Below, one piece after another: positions 25,037 to 36,617 of a stretch of 64,000 nt of DNA; position 1 is the stretch's first letter; every line of letters starts with the position of its first letter. The stretch lies in NCBI RefSeq assembly GCF_030144855.1, contig NC_082716.1, positions 44,950,001 to 45,014,000 on the forward strand, read 5' to 3'. Source of the DNA: Hypanus sabinus. Lineage: Eukaryota. Below the pieces are notes generated by a model. That model saw only the letters and a list, made by a program, of their open reading frames with translations, was not told where the DNA came from and made no database searches. Position numbers and translations under genes: made by a program.

Positions 25037-26306
25037 CCGTGGATTCTGGTTAATTGCGATCCATTGGGTCCATTACATTTTGGCCCAATTAAGTGGCTGT
25101 TCCAATTAGCCCAAGATTCATGGAAATCATTAAAAAGGTATTTAAAAAAAAACAAACTCAATTTACCTGAGTAACAAATTATGTATTTAAATGAAATACA
25201 AAATAAACCACCAGAAAAAGCAGGATCTCCCAGCGGCGATCCATTTCAAACCTACTTCCCATTCCCTTTCCAACATGTCATTCCATGGCCTCCTCTACTG
25301 CCACGGTGAGGTCACACTTAGAATGCAGGAGCCACACTTTGTACTCTGTCTGGGTAACCTCCAACCTGATAGCAGGAACATCAGTTTGTCAGACTTCAGT
25401 TATTGCCCCCTTGCCATTTCCCATTCTCATTTCCCTCGCTCACTTTATCTCCTTACCTGCCCATCACCTCCCTCTAGTGCTCCTCCCCTTTCCCTTTCTT
25501 CCATGGCCTTGTGTCCTCTCCTGTCAGATTCTTCCTTCTCCAGCCCTTTTATCTTCTTCACCAATCAACTTCCCAATTCTATACTTCACCCTTCCCCCCT
25601 CCTGGTTTCACCAATCAACTACTACCTTGTATTTCTTCCTCCCCATCTTCTTATCCTGACTTCTCATCTCTTTTTTTTTTCCAGTCCTGATGAAAAAATG
25701 TCAGTAGATTACTCTTTCCATGGATGCTCCCTGGCCTGCTGAGCTCCTCCAGCATTTTGTGTGTATTACTTTGATTTCCAGCATCTGCAGGTTTTCTCTT
25801 GTTTGAAATACAGAACAAAATCAAACGCTACCAATATTACTACAGTATTATAAAATGCTCCATTAGTTATTGATGAAGGAATTCATCCACTGTACACTGA
25901 AGTAGTGAAATTGTTTCATTTTCACTCCCGGCCGTTTCTTGCATCTCCAAGCCTGAATGCTTGAAACTGCAGTGAGCAAAACAGTTATGAGTTATCTTGC
26001 TGCTTATTTCTCACTCACTATCAGTGACAAAAATCGATGCTTTCTAATCACAAACACATGCAACTGACGCTAATTAAAAAAATCTTTGCTTTCAGCACTG
26101 TGTACTGTCAGCCAGCCATACAAGTGCATGTGACTGATGTTAGTTAGCAACTGTTTCTCAGCAGTCTTCTGTCCCAATTAAGCTGCATAATATCTCCAAA
26201 AAACAAAAGGAATCCCTATTTTCTTGATTAGTTTTTGTCCTTTAAGAGCTGTCCCAAATAAGTGGTTGCCCCGATTACTGATGGCCCAATTAACTGGAAT
26301 CCACTG
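25037..26306. mobile_element. Tc1/mariner-pogo-type MITE with nested Penelope-like fragment
   Basis: TA flanks; TIRs CCGTGGATTCTGGTTAATTG and the reverse complement CAGTGGATTCCAGTTAATTG. Confidence 0.8.
25208..25803 (+). mobile_element. Penelope-like 3' fragment with about 16-bp TSD
   Basis: tgaaatacaaaataaa (25192-25207) and tgaaatacagaacaaa (25804-25819) flank sequence homologous to 20850-21460. Confidence 0.8.
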
Positions 26307-26629
26307 TATTAGAAAATAACTTCGTTATTTTCGGTGGTTCTGGTAAGGCAATTTGGATTAATGAATTAATAGTACCAGGTAAAACATGAGCGAGATTAAA
26401 AATGTAGCCTGAGATTTTCATTCCCACTCATATTCTATAGCTCTTAGTGCCAAGAGGTGAATTCTTACTGTCGCATTATCTGAGCTGATGGAATGCATTA
26501 CCTGGATAATTTTTTAATGCAAGATTTTAATCAGAATGAGTACCTTTAAAATTGCTCCATTTCCAACAAATCGGTCCAGTGTGCTGTGAGCTACCAGGTG
26601 CTGGACATGAGAGCAAGAATGCTGTAGCT

Positions 26630-27428
26630 GGTTTGCTGGAAAATTGCAAATGTCACTCCACTCTATAAGAAAGGAGGGAGGCAAAAGGCACAAAATTATA
26701 GACCAGTTAGCCTGACTGTAGTGGTTGTATTATTAAGGATGAGGTTTCAGAATACTTAGAGGCACATGATAAATGGGCCAAAGTTAGTATGGTTTCCATA
26801 ATATTTCTTTATTTTTATAAATGGAAATTTTGCTTGATAAATCTTTTGGAATTCTGAGGAAATAACAGGCAGGATAGACAAAGGAGAGTCAGTTGATGTT
26901 GTTTACTTGGATTTTCAGAAGGCCTTTGATGAGGCTGCTAAACAAGATAATAGCCCATGGTATTACAGAAAAATTAATGGCATGTACAGAAGATTGATTG
27001 ACTGGCAGAAGCATTGGAGAGGGTCCATTGAATGACTATGCGAATGATCTCATAATTCAGCGGGAATGAAAGTGTTAATGTATGAGTAGTGTTTGATGAC
27101 TCTGGACCAGTACTTGTTGGAGTTTAGCAGAACTGGGTGGGTGGGAGAGGCATTTTATTGAAACCTACCAGACATTGAAAAGTCAAGATTGTGGATGTTT
27201 TAAGTAGTGGAAGAGTCTTGGAGCAGAGAGTACAGACTCAGAATGGAAGGATGTCCCAGTAGAGCAGAAATAAAGGAGGTATTTCTGTAGCAAGAAGTTG
27301 GTGAATTTGTGGAATTCATTGTCACAGATTGGCTATGAAGGCCAAGTCACTGGGTATATTTAAAGCAAAGGTTGATAGGTACTTAATTAGTAAGGGTGTC
27401 AAAGGTTATGGGGAGAAGGCAGGAAACT
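26630..27428 (+). mobile_element. CR1 LINE fragments (RT and 3' end)
   Basis: WKIANVTPLYKKG, NYRPVSLT, YLDFQKAFD; the 3' UTR is split by the 27435-28262 insertion. Confidence 0.8.
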
Positions 27429-27434
27429 TCTACT

Positions 27435-28262
27435 AGAATGTCGATGCACTTGGATGCAGCAGCCTCTTTGGGTCCAACCAAAGTTGTAACTGTTTGTCCT
27501 TTACGTCTTTTTTTTAATTGCAAGACACTGCTGGTTATCAAGATCCTCAAATACTGCAGATCTACGCCACTAGTGAGTTGCTGGATGATGGTGGAACTGG
27601 TCATGTTACACACTGTATTGCAACCTGCTTCAGCCACCCAGGGAAGAAGGCGTCAGAGGCGGTGTGTGATCCAACAGATGGTGTGGGTGATTGTCTTGGA
27701 CATTTTTGTTATGATCATAAAGACCCGGTTGGACATCGGTAATGTAGGATACTGCAGGTCCGATTCACTGGTTCATTAGCGAGACTAACAGGGAAGTTGC
27801 TTGGCCTTATTTCTGGCATGGATCAGGCCTTCATTCATGCCTTGGGGTCGCCGGTTGCAGCCACTGAGGAAGGAGATGCTGGAGCTAGCTGTGTGCTGCT
27901 GAATTTCCTGCTGGATAGGGGGCTGGCCCTTCCCACTGTACTACCCTTCAGTGTGGAAGACAAGCTGGAGTGCATTTGTCTGGGGCAGCTTGATGCAATG
28001 AGGAACTGCTACAAGTTGTTCTTGTAGAAACGTGGGTACACAACAACATTCAAGCACCATCAATCTACAGGGCATGGAACTTGGAGAGTTGGGCTATATT
28101 ATTATCTTACAATTTTTTTGTATCTGTATGTTTTTCTGCTGTCATAATTATATGTGTTGTGTGTGACTGTTCGTTCAGTGTTTTGCAGTCTGGCACCAGA
28201 GGAATGCTGTTTCTTTTGGCTCTTCAGGTATGGTTGAATGACAATTAAACTTGAACTTGAAT
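27435..28262 (+). mobile_element. Unclassified non-coding interspersed repeat (family X)
   Basis: Homologous to 36365-36617 plus 41272-41560 and, in reverse, to 63373-64000; ends GGTTGAATGACAATTAAACTTGAACTTGA. Confidence 0.7.
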
Positions 28263-28481
28263 GGGTTTTTCAAGGGCAAATAAATCAGCTGTGATCAAAT
28301 GATGGGAAAGTCTGTGATAAGGTGGAGATCAAGATTGTCCAGGTAACATTATTGTTCTCAACTTTTATTGAGAAGCGGAAAGATTAAGCAATGACAGAAG
28401 TTTGAAACTTTCTTTTCCTCAATTAGTTTGATCAAGTGTTTATTATTAAATCTTGAGGTGTTAATAAAAGATCATAAGACA

Positions 28482-28682
28482 TAGGAGCAGAATTAGGTCA
28501 TTTTGCCCTTCAAGTCTGCTCGATCATGGCTGATTTATTATCCCTATTACCCCATTCTCCTCCTTTCTTCCTTTGATGCTCTGACTAATCAAGAGCCTAT
28601 AAACTTCCTCTTTAAATAATCCAGTGACTTGGCAATGAATTCCACAGATTCAGCATCCTCTGGCTGAAGAATTTCCTCCTCG
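28482..28682 (-). mobile_element. CR1 3' tail
   Basis: cataagacataggagcagaattagg..., the reverse complement of a CR1 3' end. Confidence 0.65.
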
Positions 28683-29205
28683 TACAAAAGATGCAGGTGT
28701 CAAAAATAAGTTCACAGTAAGTGGTGGTGCAGGTGCAAGAGGCAAAATGGCTGGTCCTTTTCTTATCGATCTTTATTTGAGCATAAAGATTCCTGAATTG
28801 TACACGGCTGGGGAAGGAAAGAAAGGGAGTGAAATACAGGATTAATTAAAGACAATCGTAGAATGTTCGAGAGAGAGAATGTTGCAGAAGGATCAAAGAC
28901 AGAATCTGTTTTGTTGAAGCTAAGAAACAATAGAATGAATATTAATACTGCTGAGTGCTTCTGTAGATCTCCAATGAGTGAGATCAAGGTGAAATCTATG
29001 TTTAATGGTAAATGTTGCATTTTGCATCTATAGGAAATTAGAAATGAGGTACTAAGGTCTTGCTTGGAAGCATATTGTGAAAGAAAAAGGATGAGTATGT
29101 TAAACCATTTGGAGGTAAATTATGCAGGATGTAGTATTGAAGCAGCCACATTAATCATGATGGGCTGCCTTTGTTGATCGGCATTTTGGGTTATCACTTG
29201 CTATA

Positions 29206-30002
29206 CACATTCATCAGGACTCCTTATCCGCGGATTCAACCAACCGCGGATCAGGAAAACCCGGAAGTTCGCTCTCCAGCACTCATTGTTTGAGCACGTA
29301 CAGACGATTTTTTCTTGTCATCATTCCCAAAACAATACAGTATAACAACTATTTACATAGCATTTACGTTGTATTAGGTATAAGTAATCTAGAAATGACT
29401 TAGAAGTACAGGAAGTCCCCGGGTTATGAATGAGTTCCGTTCCTGAGTCCGTCGTTAAGTCGGATTTGAAGTCAGAACAGGTATATCCGGTATTATTTAG
29501 TGTCAGTTAGTCAAACGTTTTTCTTAGTATATAGTGCATATTTTACCTTTCTATGCATATAAAACACGAGAAACATATGTATTTCAATAATTTAACCACT
29601 GCATTGCTTAGTAATAATTGTAGCTTTCATCGGGGCAGTGCCTTTTATATGCTCCATTAAAATTGTTCCCATTGTTGACTGATTGTAGCCTAACACTTTT
29701 CCAATGACCAATGGTGTTTCACCTTGTTCCGATCACGTTATTACTTCCACCTTATTTTCAATCGGGATCGTGATTATTTTTGTGCACAGAAACTCTGCTG
29801 ATTCAGAGCTGCACCGACAGGTCCTAATATCCAGCGCACGGAGACATGTTAAATAAAGTCCGGGGTTCCATTGGGTCCTAAAGACCACCGCAATGATACA
29901 TGTTAAATAAGGGACTTGAGCATCCGCGAATTTTGGTATCCGCGGGGGATGGGGGGGGGGGGTTCCCGGAACCAATCCCCAATGGATGAGGAGGGCTGAC
30001 TG
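29206..30002. mobile_element. Tigger-type (MER2-like) MITE with an internal second TIR
   Basis: Right end ggatgaggagggctgactg|TA; left end ctccttatccgcggattcaaccaaccgcggatc; internal TA|CAGGAAGTCCCCGGGTTATGAA at about 29408. Confidence 0.65.
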
Positions 30003-30159
30003 TACAATAAATCTGAATGAAAGAATTTCAGGTAACCCTTAGCTCACTTGCCTTTTTTTTTAAACCCACCACCCCCTCACTTCTAGTCCACTAAGAAATT
30101 CTGCTTTTGGCGGGATGGAGCAGAAATACTCAATGAAGTGGCCTCCCAATTTACATCAG

Positions 30160-30655
30160 GTCTCATCTATGTAGAGGAGACTGCATCGGCAGCACCAGAT
30201 ACAACAGACGACCCCAACAGATTTTGAGATAAAGTGTTACCTTGTCCGGAGGACTGTTTAGGACACTGGGAGTGAGAGAAGAGATGCCAGGTGTAGCATT
30301 TCTGTTGCTTGCAGGGATATGTGCCAGGAGGAAGATTAGTAGGGGGGGATGAATGAATAAGGGAATCATGGAGGGAGCAATCCATGTAGAAAGCAGAGAG
30401 TTGGTGGGAGCTAATGATGTGTTTTGTGGTAGGACCCCATTGAAAATCGCAGAAGTTGTGGAGAATGATGTATTGATTCAGAGCTTTATGTAGTGGTAGG
30501 TGAGTTAAGGCATTCGGGAGATGGGCTGAGTGCAGATGTCTGGGAAATGGAAGAGATGCGGGTGAGAGCAGCATCAACACTGGAGGAAAGGAAACCCTGT
30601 TCTTTGAAGGAGGAGGACATCTCTGATGTGTCGAAAAGGAAAGCCTCATCCTGCT
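30160..30655 (-). mobile_element. Penelope-like fragment
   Basis: ORF 30167-30649: SSSFKEQGF (adjacent frame), QYIILHNF, LPPGTYPCKQQKCYT. Confidence 0.8.
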
Positions 30656-30689
30656 GATTTGTCACCGTCTTTGATTTGGCTAACAAGAT

Positions 30690-31140
30690 CAGTAAACTTC
30701 AATATGACTTTGGAACTGTACTTACGATGGCTTCACGATCCTAAGTATAAAGCAAATAGAGCAGGGGGTTAAACACACAACTGATCCTGCGCTGGTGGTC
30801 ATTGTGGTGGAGATTTTGCAAATCCAATGTTTGGCGTCTGCAAGTGAGGAAATCGAGGATCCAGTTGCTCAAGAAGGTACTGAGGCCAAGTTCTTGGGAC
30901 CTATTGATTAGTTTTGAGGGGATATTGGTGTTGAATGCAGATATATAGACAATGTAGAATATCTTGATATATGCATGGTCACTGTCCAGATGTTCCAGGG
31001 TTGAGTGAAAAGCCAATGAAATGGGATCTGAATTTGATCTGTTGTGATGGTAGGTGAATTGGAGCGGATCCAAGTTGCTCCTCAGTCAGCAGTTGATATG
31101 TTTCATCGCCAACCTCTCCAAGCACTTCATCACAGTGGAT
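30690..31140 (-). mobile_element. Rex1/Babar-like RT fragment
   Basis: DPLQFTYHHNRS..LEHLD..SAFNTNIPSKL..NWILDFLT. Confidence 0.8.
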
Positions 31141-33942
31141 ATAATGGAAGGTTATATGTGTGGTAGAATTGACAATGGACTTGGGTTAAATGAAGTATGT
31201 TGGTTGTGTGCAGCTCTGTTTATAATGGCTTTAATATAGTATGAATTGAAAAGTGACGAACAATATAATGGTGAACCAATTATTGAAAGAATGCCCCTAA
31301 TTATCTTTGCTTAGCTGACAACAACATTTAGACTAAAGAGGTATTTATTAAAGTGGTATTCTCTTCATCATAAGCATATATGATGTCTTTATGTATAAAA
31401 GTCAAGACCAATGAATTGAGCCTTGTAAGTTTAGGAAGATATTGATTTTGAGTGTAATGTACTTCAGTGGGTGAGCACATTTCTTAAAGGGGGAAAAGAA
31501 ATGAGTTGACTGGTTTCTAGAAAAAAATTGATATGAGAGAAGAGATGAGATGTAACAGAACTTCAGATATCTTGTTATTCATTAACATTTGTAACAGCGT
31601 TAATTATGTAAGATCCATTTTGTATCTTGGATCATTATCTTATCATTAATTTGATCAGCCCCTGGGGAAATACAATAATAATAAGCTAAGCTTTAGAATT
31701 TGATTAATACAGAACTGTAATTTGTAGTTTGGAAATGCATATGATGACATATGAAAATTTCCAAATTTTAAATACAAAGTAAACACTAAAGCCTCATCAA
31801 AAGTGTATTTGCTGCATTTTCAAGCTGTCACATGCTGTCTGTCCTTCGAACATCAATCTGCCCAATATAGCTGTACAAGCCACATCAAACATTACTTGCT
31901 CACAGTGATTTAATATTTTTACTTTATGTAAATATGCAGTAATTACAGTAAACTTGGTTTCTGTTAGCTTAAGCTAGTATTGTACTCATAGTAAAAGAAT
32001 GTCTTTACTGTGTGCCATAACTTATTAATTGTTAGGACCATCAAAGACGTATCAAATTTGCTTTTCTCAGAAAACACCTGCTTCATGTGTACTTTGTGTG
32101 ACTAAAATCAAAGTGAATCTGAATAGTATTTTAATGAATGCATATTAAAATTATTTGCTCTCTTAGGATTGTCTGTATCAAAATTATGTGCACAGGACAG
32201 ATTGTAGAGGAAAGCAGAAGACAAAATCAAGTGCAACACTATCACGAAATAGCTGTAAAGTGTATAAATATTTTCAGTGGAATTGAGAAATATTTTAACG
32301 TTAAGGAAAAAGTTTCATAAGGATTTTTTTTATTTTAAGTACATTTGAAGTAAAATAATGAAATGGGTAAAATTAGTGCTGAATTAGAAATGCCAAATGA
32401 TATCCATTACTTTCATTGGTTTATTTTTCATTGATCCAAGGCTGGTACTGTCACTGAGTGTAATTGTTAAACAATCTGCTCCCAAACCTCAGGCATAGGT
32501 GGCACCTTAGGCTGGTCTACCCAGCACCCTTTTTTTTTGTCTCCCAGCTCAGAGGCCCACAAGTGAGAATGAGCGGATATTTGTAGCATCTGCTTCCTTT
32601 TGCCATTGTACAAGCCTTCATACTTGCTTGGTATCTTGTTTCCTCAAAAATATTTGAGCCATTTGGTATTTTTCTTCCTATGTGTTTTAGTGTCAGCTTT
32701 ATTGGTATTTGTGTTATGAATTCATTAGAGATTGCCACATCCCATTGTTTGCCATCTTGTGAGCAATTGCTCTATTTCAGTGTATGTTAAAGACATGTTT
32801 TTTTGCCAGTGATGCTTTGTTTCAGAAGAGAAATTAAAATCCCTGTTTTAGGGGAAGGTTTAAAAAAACACCGACACTCCATTATTTGATGCAGAGATGG
32901 AGTTCTGTCTGTGTTCTATGCAACTCTTGCCTCTCATTGTACACTATCAAAATACTTTGGTTTTGTTCTGCTCTTTGGTATCTTTTCTGTGTAATTTGGC
33001 TGCTACATTCTTAATAATTGTTATTGACTGTGTTTCAAAAACAATGCATTTGTCAACAGCTTATACCATTTCTTTCTTTCCTAATCCTTGCAAATAAAAT
33101 GGATAATGCTGAATCTTTGAACTAAAGCAAACCAATAATTTGCTTTTCTGGTGTATAAGCAACATTTTGAGATGCTGTAAAATTTTCACAGCCATGTATT
33201 TTTCAGAATGTTGCTATTAATGACCCCAGTTATGATAGCTGGGGTGTCAAATTGCACAAAAAATACTAAGTGGTAAGATTTAGAAAAAAAAGGAATCTTC
33301 TGTTATGGTTATGCAGCAGGAAAGATGAGACCAATATCAGTTTGCATCTTCCCTTTGAGAAGCAAAAGTGTGTACTTTCACGAGTGAAATTCAACATAAA
33401 ATACTTGGAAAATGTGGATGATCATGAATTGATTTAATTGAGTAAATTCCGAAAGGAGTTGTATAACCTTTTCTTCTTTCTCATTTGCTCATCCTTGATT
33501 TCATAGTTTTTCTCTTATAAAATTAGCATCTGTCCTGGTATCTTGTACTTCGGGCAGAATAATATTTTGGCAATACTTATTTTATGGCAGGTTATAATTG
33601 ACATAAAACTCAAAGAAAATGTAAAAAAAATATTGAAGAAATGTAAAACAGGAAATAATTGTTTCTGTCTGTTTTAAATAAGCATTTTAAATAAATAACT
33701 TTTCCATATGATTGCTTTATCCTGATACTTGATGTCTGTTAAATGTAAAGAGTAAATTTAGTGGTAATGTCCTTTCTGGTCACTCCCAGTGTACTACTTT
33801 GCTTTATCTGCAGACTATAAATGAATCTGTTAAGACTTGCTCAATTGCTAGTCAATACTCCTGGGATTTTGCATAGTCAGGCCGAGAGCAAGTTTGAACA
33901 TGCTCTTCCCTGATTCTGTTGTTTTTGTCTCTACTCTTTCAG

Positions 33943-34048
33943 TGCCCTACAGGAATCATTAAATGAAAACTTCATGCTGATCATTACGCATCGAGAAGCC
34001 CAACGGGATTATAGCCTAAACTTTCCGGGCACCAGAACTGTGCAAGAG
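33943..34048 (+). CDS. FAF1: FAF1 coding exon (equivalent to human exon 7)
   Basis: ctctttcAG acceptor, GAG|GTGAGC donor. 106 nt encoding (S)ALQESLNENFMLIITHREAQRDYSLNFPGTRTVQE; matches 'ALQESLNQNFMLIITHREVQREYNLNF'. Confidence 0.97.
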
Positions 34049-36617
34049 GTGAGCGATATTGGAGTCGGGGAGGTATAGGCAGCTCATTATCACCAACGTA
34101 GGTTCTGCTAAAGAGGTTCTAAATTTTTGACAATTACTGCACAAATCTCTGATTTTCTTATTTGCTCTTAAAATTGAGATACGAGCTGTGTTATTCTCCT
34201 AGTACAGGAAGCTAAGTAATTATGGTGACTGCTTATCAATTGCTATTGTATGTGCTTGACTCCCAGTTGGAGAGATCATGCGCAACTAGGTTAAAAAGTT
34301 AAATGTGAGCTTGTTAAATTCACTAAGGCTGACAGTACAGAAGTAAAATAGCTCATATTGATTTTCATTTTGGCAACTCACATGATTTGATTTGTGTAAT
34401 ATAAGTTACGTTCCTAATGTCAAACTGTACTTTTGTTTAATTTTATTATCTTTAAATAGTAATCATCATCCTCCCCTCAGTCAATATCACAAGAGTATTA
34501 TGAACAATTTCTAAAAATAAGCTTGTGACAGCCAGAAACTCATCAATAACTCTTTGACTATTTGGTAAAAACAGTCCCTTTCAAACATATACTGAGTTTA
34601 AGATTTGCTAAATTCATAGTTGTTGACAGCAGTATAGATGGAGAATTTTCCAGTGCTATATTTATCTAAACCCTAAAATTGAAGTTGCATTTTCTTGTTG
34701 CAGAAGGCAATATTCTGTTATTACTGTTCATTATGGGCAATGATTCTGATTATCAGCAGCTTTGTTAATGTGAGATACCATTTGTTTAATTTGATGGTTA
34801 AAACATCAGGTTATGCTTTATTTAATTTTCAATAAATGAAGTTCGTTTCTAAATTTGAAGATTTTTATGCTGCTTTATGAATCTCTTCACCAAATTTAAT
34901 TAAGATGTATTGCTGCTTTTGTCTTTTGATAAAAGGAAATCTTTCCAAACAATTTCACAGGCCATAATAGATCCTTTCTCTTCCCGCTTAAGTCCTTTTC
35001 ACCTCTTAGTCATAGAAATTTATGACACAGAAGGAGGCTGTTTGATTAATTGTGTTTCCAATGGCTGAGAGAGAACTCTTCAGACTAATCCCACTTCTCA
35101 GCTCTTAAGTTCTTTGCTTTGAGGCACATATAGGTACTTTTTAAATAGATGAAGATTTATACTTCCACCAAATTTTTGAGCACTGTGTTCCTTGGATAGA
35201 AAAAAAACTTAATTTAACTCCTACCTTGATAGTGACCCCAATTTATTAACATCTCTGTTGAGGGAAATAAAGTAATCCTTTTGGACTTGTCTAGTCTTTT
35301 CATAACGTTTTGCACCCCAATTAAATCTCTTCTCAGCCTCTCTCATTCTGTAGAAAACAATCTCACCCTACCCATTCTTTTCTTATAATTAAACCACCAG
35401 CCTTGGAAACATCTTCATATTTGCACTGTACTCTTACTAGTGCAGTCCCATTTTTTCCTGTAACTTGATGTCCACAGAACAAAACAAAGCTGTTAGGCTG
35501 ATTGTTCAATACAGGTTGAGTATGATCTCCTTTCATATTCTGGACCTCTGTAAATAAAGGAAATAAACCCATATACTTTTGGAACTATATTATTTACCTT
35601 TCCTGTTGGCTTCAGGGATCAATAGGCAAGCACTTCTCAACTCCCCCTCCCCCTCTACATACTACTATGTATTGTATTCATTCCTGAATCCCACTGTAAT
35701 CAGATCATTTTCTGTTTCATGTTATTTGACAACTTCCCAGTAATTCTTTTTCTGACAATAGATGTAAATCAAGGAAAATGGAGATGCTAAGGATCTGAAA
35801 TAGAAACAGAAAATGCTAGAAACTCAGCAGTTCAGGCAGTGTCTGTAAAATGAAAAAACAGCTGAAGTGTGAGTTCAGGAACCATTTTGGTATGTGTTCT
35901 GTGATGACTCCATATTGATTTAATTAAGTATACTGGTCGCAATACAAACCATCTTTCAATTAGTTAGGCCCCTATAAATGCGGTCTTGCTCTCCTTTAGT
36001 GTATTGGAACCAAATTTGTAGCCAGAGAAGAAAGGGTTTAAAAAAATGATGGTCAAAGCCCATGCTGTTTCATCCTATGCTTCTCTTAGTTACCTAGAAT
36101 GTTCTTTTCAGGATTTCCCTATTTATTAAAATTTTCTATCTCTTATCATGTTAACATCATCTCTGTACTTCTTCAGCCGCCATTCCTGTGCCTTTGTGGG
36201 TGATAGATACAAAATATCAGAATCATACCTGTGCCTTTCACCTCCATAAACCGGTGAGCTTTTTAAGTCTTTAAAAGGCCTGAGTCATTCAGTTCTTTGC
36301 CCTTGCATATAAGTAAAAGGGTTTTGAGTTTTTCTTGATTTTAGCTTAAAATCATGTAATTTGTATGCAGCAGCCACTCCAGGTCCTTTCAAAGGTGTAT
36401 TTGTTCAACCGGTACATTTTCTTTTACAATTGCAAGTTGCCACTGGATACTAAAAACATCAAGTACTGCTGGACATCAGTGAGTTGTTCGATAAGTTAAT
36501 GGAGCTGGACTTATTGTGTACTGCTGTTGTGTTGTTGCCTGTACATGTTGCATCCTGTTGTTCTGTGATGATGCGGGGTGCGACTGATTGTCTTGGATGT
36601 TTTTATTGAGATCACAA

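Noticed and set aside
25191-25742. 183-aa ORF
   Set aside because: Read-through of decayed Penelope 3' sequence nested in a MITE.
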